Shown piece after piece: positions 38,960 through 48,388 of a stretch of 64,000 nt of DNA. The position numbers and the translations under genes are program-made. The stretch's first letter is position 1; every line of letters starts with the position of its first letter. Origin of the DNA: Syntrophales bacterium (GTDB taxonomy: Bacteria; Desulfobacterota; Syntrophia; Syntrophales; UBA2210). The DNA is taken from NCBI GenBank assembly GCA_963662405.2, contig CAXXKT010000001.1, positions 1,120,001 to 1,184,000 of the forward strand. The letters run 5' to 3'. Below the pieces are notes generated by a model. The model saw only the letters and a program-made list of their open reading frames with translations. It was not told the origin of the DNA and made no database searches.

Positions 38960-40311
38960 TTTCTATTTTCCTCCTTCTTCCGGAACACGGCCCCGAAAAA
39001 CCCGTCCGTTCCGTGACGGTGAGGATATGTCCTGAAAAGCCCCCGTTCGTCCAACAGCGCGGCCGGGAAGGTCGCGGGGCGATAAAGCTCAAAGCCACCG
39101 TTATCATGCAGAAATTCTTCGACAACCGCCTCGTTCTCCGCCGGATCAATCGTGCAGGTACTGTACACCATCAATCCTCCCTTTTTCAAGTAAGCGGCCG
39201 AACGTTCCAGGATCTCGCGCTGGAGGGGTGGGAACAGCCGAAGATCCTCTGGAGAGGTGTTCCATTTGATCTCGGGGTTTCTCCGAACCGTTCCCAGTCC
39301 TGAACAAGGAACGTCTACGAGAACTCGGTCGAACCGTTCGCACAGTTCCCCCGGCGGGGCCTGAGTCGCGTCGTGAACAATCGGCTCGATGATCGTTGCT
39401 CCCAGCCTGCGGGAGAGGTCTTGGGAGGATTCGATCTTGTTACGGTTGATGTCCATGGCAACGATCCGCCCCGTATTATGCATCAGGTGGGCGAGGTGTG
39501 TTGTTTTGATCCCATCGCCGGCGCAGACATCCAACACCGTTTCCCCCGGCCTTGGGTCCATCAGTGAGCCGATCAACTGGGAGGCCTCGTCCTGGATCTG
39601 CATGGTGCCCTCTTTGCGCCAGACCGCCTCACCAATGGGGGTGGGAAGTCCGGAGATGATCAGACCGTCGGGTGCGTAAAACGTCGGGGTCGCCGTGCAG
39701 CCCGACTCTTCGAGTCGTGCGATCAGGTCGGTCCTGGTGATCTTCAGGCGGTTGACTCGAACCGTCAGGGGAGGGATTTCGTTGTTGATCTCGCACAGCA
39801 CGCGCGCCTCTTCGATACCGATCGCATCCGCCCACAACCGGACCAGCCAGAGGGGGTGTGAGTGGAATGTCGAGATATGGGAAAGAGGATCGTCGTTAAA
39901 GGACGGATATCTAATTGTATCCATGCGCCGAGCGGCATTGCGCAAGACGGCATTGACTAGATTCGACCGTCCGGGATAGCGCCTCTTGGTCATCTCGACG
40001 GCCTCGTTTGTAGCTGCATAAGCGGGCACTCTGTCTGTTCGCATCAGTTGATAGAGTGCCACCCTCAGGATGTTGCGTATCCCCGGTTCCATTTGATCGA
40101 AGGCACCGGTGTATACGGTACGAATGATCCAGTCAAGGCGACCACGAAAGCGAAGCGTACCGTAGACCAGCCGTGTCAAGAGGCTGCGGTCCTGTGCGGC
40201 AGAGGGGATGCCGGCTGAAAGGTATGCGTCCAGGAGAGGCTGTGCAAAGGCCCCCTTCTCGACCCTGTCGAGGATCCGGACTGCCAGGGCACGGGGGGCG
40301 GCAGGCTTCAT
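38956..40311 (-). CDS. rsmB: 16S rRNA m5C967 methyltransferase RsmB
   Basis: NusB-like N-terminus; QDEASQ, DVPCSGLG..RRNPE, YSTCT and DGFF; downstream of fmt. Confidence 0.92.
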   Translation of the reverse strand: MKPAAPRALAVRILDRVEKGAFAQPLLDAYLSAGIPSAAQDRSLLTRLVYGTLRFRGRLDWIIRTVYTGAFDQMEPGIRNILRVALYQLMRTDRVPAYAATNEAVEMTKRRYPGRSNLVNAVLRNAARRMDTIRYPSFNDDPLSHISTFHSHPLWLVRLWADAIGIEEARVLCEINNEIPPLTVRVNRLKITRTDLIARLEESGCTATPTFYAPDGLIISGLPTPIGEAVWRKEGTMQIQDEASQLIGSLMDPRPGETVLDVCAGDGIKTTHLAHLMHNTGRIVAMDINRNKIESSQDLSRRLGATIIEPIVHDATQAPPGELCERFDRVLVDVPCSGLGTVRRNPEIKWNTSPEDLRLFPPLQREILERSAAYLKKGGLMVYSTCTIDPAENEAVVEEFLHDNGGFELYRPATFPAALLDERGLFRTYPHRHGTDGFFGAVFRKKEENRK

Positions 40312-40324
40312 CTCGTCGGTTCTT

Positions 40325-41266
40325 CTACTCGAGGATGTCATCCGTCGCCAGAGGGTGTCCTCTCAGAAAATCGTCGATGGACATCCGCCTCTTTCCCTCG
40401 ATCTGGACGTCCTGTAGGTAGACATGGCCGTCCCTGGTAGCCACCTGAAGCCCGGCTTCCATCAGTTTCCCCAGTTGTCCGGGTTCCTTTTCACCCGATG
40501 ATTTTTCCTTGCCCGGGACGGCGTAGAGTATCTTGAGCTTCTTGTCCCGAAAGAAGGAGTATGCCCCCGGTTGGGAAGAAAGTCCCCTGATGAGATCGAC
40601 GATTTTTCCCGGTTCGTTGTTCCAATCGATATGCCCCGCCCCTCGTTCGAGTCGAGGTGCCGCGGTGGCGAGGGACGCATCCTGCGGGACCCGCGTGATC
40701 GTCCCGTCCACAACACCGCGGACAGCCTTGACGAGAAGCTTGGTTCCCAGGGTGCACAGCGTATCGTGCAGATCGTCAAAGGTGTCATCAGGCGCAATGG
40801 AAGCCTCTTCTTGAAGCAGAATATCCCCCGAATCGACTCCTTCATCCATCAGCATGATGGTGACCCCCGTCTTCGTGTCTCCGTTGATCAGTGCCCAGTT
40901 GATCGGGGCCGCACCCCGGTACCGGGGAAGGAGGGAGGGGTGTACGTTAAGACAGCCGAAACAGGGCTGTTCAATGATAGCCCGCGGCAAGATCTGTCCG
41001 AATGCGACCAGCACCACCATGTCGGGAGCGATCGTTCTGAAGGTATCCAGGAACTCCTCATCCCGGACACGGTCAGGCTGATAGATCGGTAGCCCCAGTT
41101 CCAGCGCGCAGGTCTTGACCGGTGAAGGAATTGCTTTTCGGCCCCTTCCCTTCGGTTTGTCCGGCTGGGTAACGACTCCCACGATCAAATTGCCTTCCCC
41201 TACCAGGGCCTGCAGTGGGGGGACGGCGAATTCCGGGGTCCCCATAAACAGAATTTTTGGTTTCAT
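40325..41266 (-). CDS. fmt: Methionyl-tRNA formyltransferase
   Basis: FMGTPEFA, VTQPD.PKGRG, NVHPSLLPRYRGAAPI and D.GDI. Confidence 0.97.
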   Translation of the reverse strand: MKPKILFMGTPEFAVPPLQALVGEGNLIVGVVTQPDKPKGRGRKAIPSPVKTCALELGLPIYQPDRVRDEEFLDTFRTIAPDMVVLVAFGQILPRAIIEQPCFGCLNVHPSLLPRYRGAAPINWALINGDTKTGVTIMLMDEGVDSGDILLQEEASIAPDDTFDDLHDTLCTLGTKLLVKAVRGVVDGTITRVPQDASLATAAPRLERGAGHIDWNNEPGKIVDLIRGLSSQPGAYSFFRDKKLKILYAVPGKEKSSGEKEPGQLGKLMEAGLQVATRDGHVYLQDVQIEGKRRMSIDDFLRGHPLATDDILE

Positions 41267-41446
41267 GGCAGTCTCCTTCCTTCGGATGGAGTTATACCCT
41301 TTTGTTGAGCATTAATCAATCCGATCTCCTGGGGCAGAGATTTCTTCCCGGTCGTCAATGCCATTTTATATTTGACCTCAGGTGTAGTTTCCAATAAAGT
41401 ATATTTGTTATCTTCGTGTTTTTAAATCTTGTAGTGGTTTGTTGTT

Positions 41447-43210
41447 ATGTCTCAGCGTGGAGAAATCGCAAAAGGATTTTCATCACATTCGTCAATCCCC
41501 TTTCAGGCGCTCCTCGACTCCGCTTATTTTGGAATTATCGCAGTTGATTCAGAAGGATACCTCGTATATATCAATGAAGTGGCCATATCATTGTTGGAAT
41601 TTCATGAGGATATTCAGGCCCGTCCCATTCACTATTCCGAGATTAATTATGATCGCTGGCTCGACTTTAAAAGGGTTATCGAGACGCGAGAACCCCAGAC
41701 AACAGTACCTGTCGTAGCGGGTACGTATTCGCTTCTGGCCAACAGGACCCCCATTATATGGAAAGGGAAGCTGGTAGGGGTCATGAGCGTGTTTCACGAC
41801 AGGGAAGAATACGAAAAGATATCACAATACCTGTCCCGATATAAAGCGATAGTCCGAGAGGTTGAGGCAATCATAAGCTCTTCATATGATGGGATATATG
41901 TGACCGATGGTGAGGCTAATACGATACGGGTAAACAGGGCGTACGAAGACATCACCGGCATCAAGGCCCAGGAGGTTCTGGGGCGCAATATGCGGGACCT
42001 TGTAGATGAGGGGTATTTCAGCGAGAGCGTTACACTGAAAGTCTTGGAGGAGGGAACGACGGTAACCCTCTCGCAGGAGTTGAAGACAGGGAAACATGTG
42101 CTGGTAACCGGCAATCCTTTTTTTGATGATGAAGGCGCGGTCAAGATGGTTGTGACCAATGTCCGGGATATGACCGATCTGGATAGGTTAAATCAACGGC
42201 TTGAGGAATCCCTGGAAATGACCAGGGTCTATAGGGATAAACTCCAGGAACTGCAGCTGTCGTCATACAAAGACAGTGAAATCATACGGGCATCCAAGGC
42301 GATGAGCTCCGTGTATGACCTGGTGGAGCGTGTTTGCAGAACGGATGCCACCATACTTTTCGAAGGAGAGACGGGTGTGGGGAAGGACCGGATCGCCGAA
42401 GAGATACATGCCAAGTCGAACCGTGCCGAAAAGGGAATTTTTGTAAAGATCAATTGCGGGGCAATCCCCGAGACGCTTCTGGAGAGCGAGCTGTTTGGAT
42501 ACGAAAAGGGGGCATTCACGGGAGCCAGCAGAGAGGGGAAACCCGGACTGTTCGAAGTGGCAGACAAAGGGACCCTTTTTCTAGATGAAGTAGAATCAAT
42601 GCCGGTTTCTCTCCAAGGAAAGTTGCTCAGAGTACTCCAGGATTTTGAAATAACACGAGTGGGGGGAACTGTGCCGAGAAAGGTGGATGTGCGATTGATA
42701 TGCGCTTCCAATCAAGACTTGGAGGAACTGGTGCAACAAAAGAAATTTCGTTCGGATCTCTATTATCGCCTGCATGTCATCCCTGTCTATATCCCCCCCC
42801 TGCGCGAGAGGACCGAAGATATCCCTTACCTGATAAGTCTTTTTCTTAATCGTTTCAATGAGAAATATGCCAAAAAGAAGGTCTTCAGCCGTGGGGCTAT
42901 CAATGCATTGATCAAATACACATGGCCTGGCAATGTGAGAGAAATGGTCAACCTGATAGAACGACTTGTCGTCATTACCGCCGGCAATTGTATTGATGTC
43001 AACGATCTCCCAACCGAGATTCATCGGATGCCCTTATATGACACCTCACACCACGAAGAAACACTCAAAGAACATTTGCACCGTATAGAGGTGTCCTTTA
43101 TCCGTAACGCAATCGATAAATATGGCAATGCCAGGAGGGCGGCGCCGCATCTTGGGGTAGATCCTTCGACCCTGACTCGAAAACTCAAAAAGCAAGATGA
43201 TGCGACATAG
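41447..43210 (+). CDS. PAS-domain sigma54 enhancer-binding protein (RocR/TyrR-like architecture)
   Basis: Two PAS domains; GETGVGK, ESELFGYEKGAFTGA, WPGNVRE and HTH LGVDPSTLTRK. Confidence 0.92.
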   Translation: MSQRGEIAKGFSSHSSIPFQALLDSAYFGIIAVDSEGYLVYINEVAISLLEFHEDIQARPIHYSEINYDRWLDFKRVIETREPQTTVPVVAGTYSLLANRTPIIWKGKLVGVMSVFHDREEYEKISQYLSRYKAIVREVEAIISSSYDGIYVTDGEANTIRVNRAYEDITGIKAQEVLGRNMRDLVDEGYFSESVTLKVLEEGTTVTLSQELKTGKHVLVTGNPFFDDEGAVKMVVTNVRDMTDLDRLNQRLEESLEMTRVYRDKLQELQLSSYKDSEIIRASKAMSSVYDLVERVCRTDATILFEGETGVGKDRIAEEIHAKSNRAEKGIFVKINCGAIPETLLESELFGYEKGAFTGASREGKPGLFEVADKGTLFLDEVESMPVSLQGKLLRVLQDFEITRVGGTVPRKVDVRLICASNQDLEELVQQKKFRSDLYYRLHVIPVYIPPLRERTEDIPYLISLFLNRFNEKYAKKKVFSRGAINALIKYTWPGNVREMVNLIERLVVITAGNCIDVNDLPTEIHRMPLYDTSHHEETLKEHLHRIEVSFIRNAIDKYGNARRAAPHLGVDPSTLTRKLKKQDDAT

Positions 43211-43501
43211 CATCATCTTGCTGTCTATTTCTTTATCCGTTTATTCCTAGAAATTCAATCTATTAAGCTAGCATCAATTGACGCGCAATCCCAAACAGTG
43301 CATTTTGGCATTATTTTGATGAAGGCACGAATCAGTTCTGATTTTAGATGGATATGATTTCTTGCTGCTGAAATAATGCACTCAGGAATTACTTCTGCAG
43401 CAAAGGAGATGCTTGAACGAGCCGTCTCTGATTCAATATTCAGCGTGCAAATACTCGGAATTAAAGAACGTTAAAACGGGGAAAAACTCATATCGGGATG
43501 A

Positions 43502-43517
43502 TGGTACGAAAATTGTA
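43502..43517 (+). promoter_or_regulatory. Candidate sigma54 promoter of the abfD operon
   Basis: TGGTACG-AAAA-TTGTA: good -24 element, -12 GT instead of GC. Alternative GG-N10-GC matches at 43573-43588 and 43722-43737. Confidence 0.4.
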
Positions 43518-43988
43518 GACTCCGTAGAGCCGTATGCATCTGAACCCTTCGATGCAGTGCTGTTGAGAGATACGGCATGAGCAAAGCGGAAGGGGCAAAA
43601 AGAGAGTTTGGTACTGTTGATGCGCGTAAACCGAAGCAGGGCAATGTGATGAATTTGAAACTCACGACCTGGTTGGTTGGAGAGAAAATGGAGCACATGG
43701 CCGACATCCATTCTGTGGGGCGGGCAACAGATATGCTAGATCGGCAGATGGATGTGCCTTTTTGGTGTGCGCGCAGCACGAGATGTGCTCCCCTTCGACA
43801 CTCTGGACTTCTCATGCTGATAGCCCGATCTGCTTTATGCACAGAAAGCTTTGGATGTAAAAGGACAAACGGTATGGATAACGGAAAGTTGCCGGTAGGC
43901 GGTCGCGATATATCTGAAAGAGGAATATGCCGTTTGGGTAATGTATGAAACAATTTACAATGGGCAAAAGAGATGCAGGAGGATTAAG

Positions 43989-45443
43989 ATGTCAATGATG
44001 AACGCGAAGCAGTACGAGGAGAGTTTGAGGAAGTTGCATTTTAATGTGTGGATGTTCGGGAAGAAGGTGGAGAACGTGGTGGACAATCCGATCATCCGTC
44101 CGTCGATGAACGCGGTGGCGGCGACGTATGAATTTGCCCACTATCCGGAGTACGAGGACCTGATGACGGCGACCTCTCATATTACGGGGAAGAAGGTCAA
44201 CCGGTTCACGCATATCCACCAGAGCACGGAAGACCTGGTGAAGAAGTCCAAGATGGGGCGGCTGTTGGGCTCCCTGACGGGCTGCTGTTTTCAGCGGTGC
44301 GTGGGGATGGACGCGATGAACGCCCTGTCCATGACCACCTACGATATCGATCAGAAGCACGGGACCGAGTACAACAAGCGTTTCCTGAAATACATGGAAT
44401 ACGTCCAGGAGGGCGACCTGACCTGCGACGGCGCCATGACCGATCCGAAGGGAGACCGGGGCAAGGCCCCGCACCAGCAGGACGATCCGGACATGTTCAT
44501 GCACGTGGTGGAAGAGAAGAAAGACGGGATCGTGGTGCGGGGTGCGAAGTGCCACCAGACCGGTGCGGTCAACTCCCACGAGATCATCATCATGCCGACC
44601 ATCAGCATGCGCGAGGAGGACAAGGACTATGCCATCTCCTTTGCGCTCCCCGCCGATGCCGAGGGGATCACCTACATCATGGGGCGTCAGTCGTGCGACA
44701 CGCGGAAACTGGAAGCGGGTACCATGGACCGGGGGAACCAGCTCTACGGCGGCCATGAGGCCCTGGTCGTCTTCGATGATGTCTTCGTCCCCTGGGAGCG
44801 GGTCTTCATGTACAAGGAATGGGAATTCGCCGGCCAGCTGGTGGAGCAGTTCGCCTCCTACCATCGTCAGAGCTACGCCTGCAAGGCGGGTGTGGGCGAT
44901 GTCCTCATCGGCGCGACCCAGTGTATCGCCGAGTACAACGGTGCCCAGAAGGCCTCCCACGTGAAGGACAAGATCATCGAGATGAACCATCTCAATGAGA
45001 CCCTCTTCTGTGGATCGATTGCCTGTGCGTCCGAAGGGCACAAGGAGCCGAGCGGGACGTACTACGTCAACACCCTCCTGGCGAACGTGTGCAAGCAGAA
45101 CGTGACGCGGTTTCCCTACGAGATCGCGCGTCTGGCGCAGGACATTGCGGGCGGTCTGATGGTGACCCTTCCCTCGGAAGAAGACTTCCGATCCCCCGAG
45201 ATCGGGAAATGGATTGAGAAATACTACCGGGCCAGCACGGCCGTCTCCACGGAAGACCGGATGCGGATGCTGCGTCTGATCGAGAACATCACGCTGGGGA
45301 CGGCTGCGGTGGGGTATCTGACCGAGTCGATGCACGGTGCGGGTTCGCCGCAGGCGCAGCGGATCATGATCTCACGGCAGGTGAACCTGGAGGAGAAGAA
45401 GAAGGTTGCCAAGAAACTCAGCGGTGTCACGAAGGATGAGTGA
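43989..45443 (+). CDS. abfD: 4-hydroxybutyryl-CoA dehydratase / vinylacetyl-CoA delta-isomerase
   Basis: CFQRCVGMDA (CX3C), GAMTDPKGDRG, GRQSCDTRK, YHRQSYACK and ESMHGAGSPQAQR; AGGAGG RBS; neighbours are 4-HB pathway genes. Confidence 0.92.
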   Translation: MSMMNAKQYEESLRKLHFNVWMFGKKVENVVDNPIIRPSMNAVAATYEFAHYPEYEDLMTATSHITGKKVNRFTHIHQSTEDLVKKSKMGRLLGSLTGCCFQRCVGMDAMNALSMTTYDIDQKHGTEYNKRFLKYMEYVQEGDLTCDGAMTDPKGDRGKAPHQQDDPDMFMHVVEEKKDGIVVRGAKCHQTGAVNSHEIIIMPTISMREEDKDYAISFALPADAEGITYIMGRQSCDTRKLEAGTMDRGNQLYGGHEALVVFDDVFVPWERVFMYKEWEFAGQLVEQFASYHRQSYACKAGVGDVLIGATQCIAEYNGAQKASHVKDKIIEMNHLNETLFCGSIACASEGHKEPSGTYYVNTLLANVCKQNVTRFPYEIARLAQDIAGGLMVTLPSEEDFRSPEIGKWIEKYYRASTAVSTEDRMRMLRLIENITLGTAAVGYLTESMHGAGSPQAQRIMISRQVNLEEKKKVAKKLSGVTKDE

Positions 45444-45735
45444 GAAGGTCCGGATCGGACTGAAATACTGTGGGGGGTGTAATCCCCGCTACGATCGTGT
45501 ACAGGCGGTAGGATACCTGCGGGAACGGTTGCAGGGCACCGTGGAACTTGTTTCGTACGAGGACCCGGATATTGCGGGTGTGCTGGTGGTTGCCGGCTGT
45601 CCTACCGCCTGCGTCGATCCGGAGCCGTTCAAAGAACGCTCCGTGTGGGTTGTTACCCGCCGACAGGGCATCGATGATTTTGTGAAAACCATCATACCGA
45701 GGGGAAAAAAGAATGCACTGGAAAGAATTATATAA
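45436..45735 (+). CDS. Small Cys-motif protein (KYCGGCNP...GCPTAC)
   Basis: 99 aa; overlaps the abfD stop and the CoA-transferase start (translational coupling). Confidence 0.75.
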   Translation: MSEKVRIGLKYCGGCNPRYDRVQAVGYLRERLQGTVELVSYEDPDIAGVLVVAGCPTACVDPEPFKERSVWVVTRRQGIDDFVKTIIPRGKKNALERII

Positions 45736-47008
45736 CCAAAAGATTACAACTGGTCAGGAGGCCGTGAAGCAGATCAAGTCCGGAGACCGGGTGGTCGTGG
45801 GGCACGCAACCGGTTCCCCGGAAGTACTGTTGACGGCCATGCTGGCCAACAGGGATGCGTATGAGGATGTGGAGATTGTCCACATGGTTGCGATGGGGCC
45901 TTCCGCATATTGCCTCCCGGAGAATTCTCCCCACTTTATCCACAATTCTCTGTTTGCCGGAGCGACAACGAGAAATGCCCTCCATGAGGGGAGGGCCATC
46001 TATACCGCATCACATTTCAGCCAGATCCCCCGGCTGTTTACCGAACGGATCGTTCCGGTCGATGTGACCCTGTGCATGCTCTCCACACCCGATGAGCATG
46101 GCTACTGTTCGTTCGGCATCTCAGTGGACTATACGAAACCCGCAGCGGAGAGTTCCAGGATCGTTATAGCGGAAGTAACGCCTCACATGCCGAGGACGCT
46201 GGGTGATGCCTTTATCCACATCTCGGACATTGATTATATCGTTGAGTGTGATTCCAAGCCCATCGAGCTCAGGCCCCCGCAGATCGGACCGATCGATGAG
46301 GCGATCGGGGGATACTGCGCAGAGTTGATACAGGACGGGGATTGCCTGCAGCTGGGTATCGGTGCGGTCCCGGATTCGATCCTGAATTTTCTGACCGAGA
46401 AGAAGGATCTGGGGATTCATACGGAGATGTTTTCCGATGGCGTTGTGGATCTGGTCAATGCGGGTGTTGTCACCTGCGCACGCAAGAATTTTCATCCCCA
46501 TAGGATGGTTGCCACCTTCTTCATGGGGACGGACAAGCTGTACAACTTTGTTCACAACAATCCCAAGGTGGAGATGTTCCCGGTTGATTACACCAACAAC
46601 CCTGCGATCATCTCCAGAAACGACAATGTGGTGTCCATCAATTCCTCGTTGCAGGTGGACCTGACCGGTCAGGCGGCATCGGAATCGATCGGCCCCAAGC
46701 AGTTCAGCGGCACGGGCGGGCAGGCCGATTTTGTCAGGGGCGCGGCCTGGTCGAAGGGAGGACGGTCCATAATCGCGTTCCACTCAACGGCGGCCAAGGG
46801 GAAGCTTTCACGGATCGTTTCCCATCTTGATGAAGGGACCACGGTAACAACGACCCGTACGGATATCCATTACATCGTGACGGAATACGGCATTGCCGAT
46901 ATGAGGGGCAAATCTGTTCACCAGAGAGCCGAGTCCCTGATCAATATCGCACATCCTGATTTTCGCGCGGACCTGAAAAAGGAGTTTAATAGGAAAAATT
47001 CTGCTTAA
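45713..47008 (+). CDS. 4-hydroxybutyrate CoA-transferase (acetyl-CoA hydrolase/transferase family, Cat2/AbfT-like)
   Basis: LQLGIG..P, DLGIHTEMFSDG (catalytic Glu), SGTGGQ.DFVRGA and VTEYGIA; context. Confidence 0.88.
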   Translation: MHWKELYNQKITTGQEAVKQIKSGDRVVVGHATGSPEVLLTAMLANRDAYEDVEIVHMVAMGPSAYCLPENSPHFIHNSLFAGATTRNALHEGRAIYTASHFSQIPRLFTERIVPVDVTLCMLSTPDEHGYCSFGISVDYTKPAAESSRIVIAEVTPHMPRTLGDAFIHISDIDYIVECDSKPIELRPPQIGPIDEAIGGYCAELIQDGDCLQLGIGAVPDSILNFLTEKKDLGIHTEMFSDGVVDLVNAGVVTCARKNFHPHRMVATFFMGTDKLYNFVHNNPKVEMFPVDYTNNPAIISRNDNVVSINSSLQVDLTGQAASESIGPKQFSGTGGQADFVRGAAWSKGGRSIIAFHSTAAKGKLSRIVSHLDEGTTVTTTRTDIHYIVTEYGIADMRGKSVHQRAESLINIAHPDFRADLKKEFNRKNSA

Positions 47009-47149
47009 AAAGATCGGAGTGGCTTTTCGGCAGAGGGAGGTTCGGATCGAATGGGCGATTTGAACCGTTCCCCCGGATGTGAATATATCGGACGCCTTTA
47101 CCATCAGGAGATGGAGGAGTCACAGAAAACAGATGGGAGGTTAAGGAAA

Positions 47150-48301
47150 ATGGCACAGATATTTACGATAACGCCTAAGATCATCATGGGGTTGGGAGCA
47201 ATCGATGCAATTGGAGATGAGATCAAGCGACGGGGTGTAAAGAAGGTCCTAATCGTAACCGACAAAGGGGTTATTGCAGCAGGGTTGACGCAGGCCATTG
47301 AGGCGTCACTCACGGCGGCCGGAGTGGCATTTGGCACCTTTGACGGTGTGGAGCCCGATCCACGATATGAGATTGTCGCGGATTGTCTTGCAAAGGTGAA
47401 AAATGAGGAGGCTGAGCTCCTGATCGGACTCGGCGGAGGGAGTCCCATCGATATCGCCAAGACGACTGCGGTTATGGCGACAAACGACGGTCCCATCGGA
47501 GCGTACTTCGGGATTGATCTGATTCCCAAGCCGGGTCTCCCAACGATTATGGTCCCCACCACGGCGGGGACGGGGAGTGAGGTCACACCGATCGCGATTT
47601 TGTCCGACGAAGGCGAAAAGCTGAAAAAGGGTGTCGTGAGTCCTTATCTCTATCCTGCTGCGGGAATACTTGATCCGGTGCTGACCGCGGGGTTGCCTCC
47701 CCATGTAACGGCAGCCACGGGGATGGACGCGCTGATCCACGCAGTGGAGGCCTACACGTCCATTAATGCCACAGGGATGACGGATATGTACTGCATCCGT
47801 GCCATTGAACTTATTTACAACAACCTGCGGACGGCCTACGCCAAAGGCGACAATATGGAGGCGCGGACGGCGATGATGGAAGGGGCACTCCTGGCGGGTA
47901 TCGGTTTTGCGAATGCAGGTGTCACGGCGGTCCATGCCTTTGCCTATCCGATCGGGGCCGAGTTCCACATCCCCCACGGAGTTGCGAATACCCTCATGCT
48001 GCCCCATGTGATTCGTTATAACGTGCTGGGGAACCTGCCCAAGTTTGCGGGGCTGGCAAAGCCCTTCGGGATTCCGACGGAAGGCCTGGATGATCTTCAG
48101 ATTGTTGACCGTGTGATCGGGGCGATCGACCGGCTGGCCGACGATCTGCGTGTCCCGCGCCATCTTGCTGATTTCGGAGTAAAGGAAGAAGACGTACCGA
48201 TGCTGGCCGAGGGTGTGATGAAGGTGACCCGTCTCCTGGCCAACAATCCGAGAACGCTGATTCTCGAGGACGCTAAGGCGATATATACGGCGGCGCTTTA
48301 A
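47150..48301 (+). CDS. Iron-containing alcohol dehydrogenase (probable 4-hydroxybutyrate dehydrogenase / succinic semialdehyde reductase)
   Basis: GGGSPID, PTTAGTGSEVT, DALIHAVE and H...HIPHG iron ligands. Substrate inferred from context. Confidence 0.85.
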   Translation: MAQIFTITPKIIMGLGAIDAIGDEIKRRGVKKVLIVTDKGVIAAGLTQAIEASLTAAGVAFGTFDGVEPDPRYEIVADCLAKVKNEEAELLIGLGGGSPIDIAKTTAVMATNDGPIGAYFGIDLIPKPGLPTIMVPTTAGTGSEVTPIAILSDEGEKLKKGVVSPYLYPAAGILDPVLTAGLPPHVTAATGMDALIHAVEAYTSINATGMTDMYCIRAIELIYNNLRTAYAKGDNMEARTAMMEGALLAGIGFANAGVTAVHAFAYPIGAEFHIPHGVANTLMLPHVIRYNVLGNLPKFAGLAKPFGIPTEGLDDLQIVDRVIGAIDRLADDLRVPRHLADFGVKEEDVPMLAEGVMKVTRLLANNPRTLILEDAKAIYTAAL

Positions 48302-48314
48302 AGAAGTCTTGTCT

Positions 48315-48346
48315 GGGTGAGGATCTCATCCCAGAGATCCTCACCC
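48315..48346 (+). other. Intercistronic 13-bp perfect stem-loop
   Basis: GGGTGAGGATCTC-ATCCCA-GAGATCCTCACCC; no U-tract. Confidence 0.7.
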
Positions 48347-48388
48347 GGGCCGCTATCAGGAAATATTGATTTTCAGGAGGAAGAACAG

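Noticed and set aside
43577..43948. 123-aa ORF (and the antisense 160-aa ORF) in the abfD upstream region
   Set aside because: No RBS, atypical composition and no motifs; treated as non-coding.
43992..45335. 447-aa ORF antisense to abfD
   Set aside because: Shadow ORF caused by the strong GC3 codon bias of abfD; no motifs or RBS.
43989..45443. Annotation as 4-hydroxyphenylacetate 3-monooxygenase (same Pfam family)
   Set aside because: CX3C and H..C Fe-S ligands plus the adjacent CoA-transferase, ADH and GabT identify it as AbfD.
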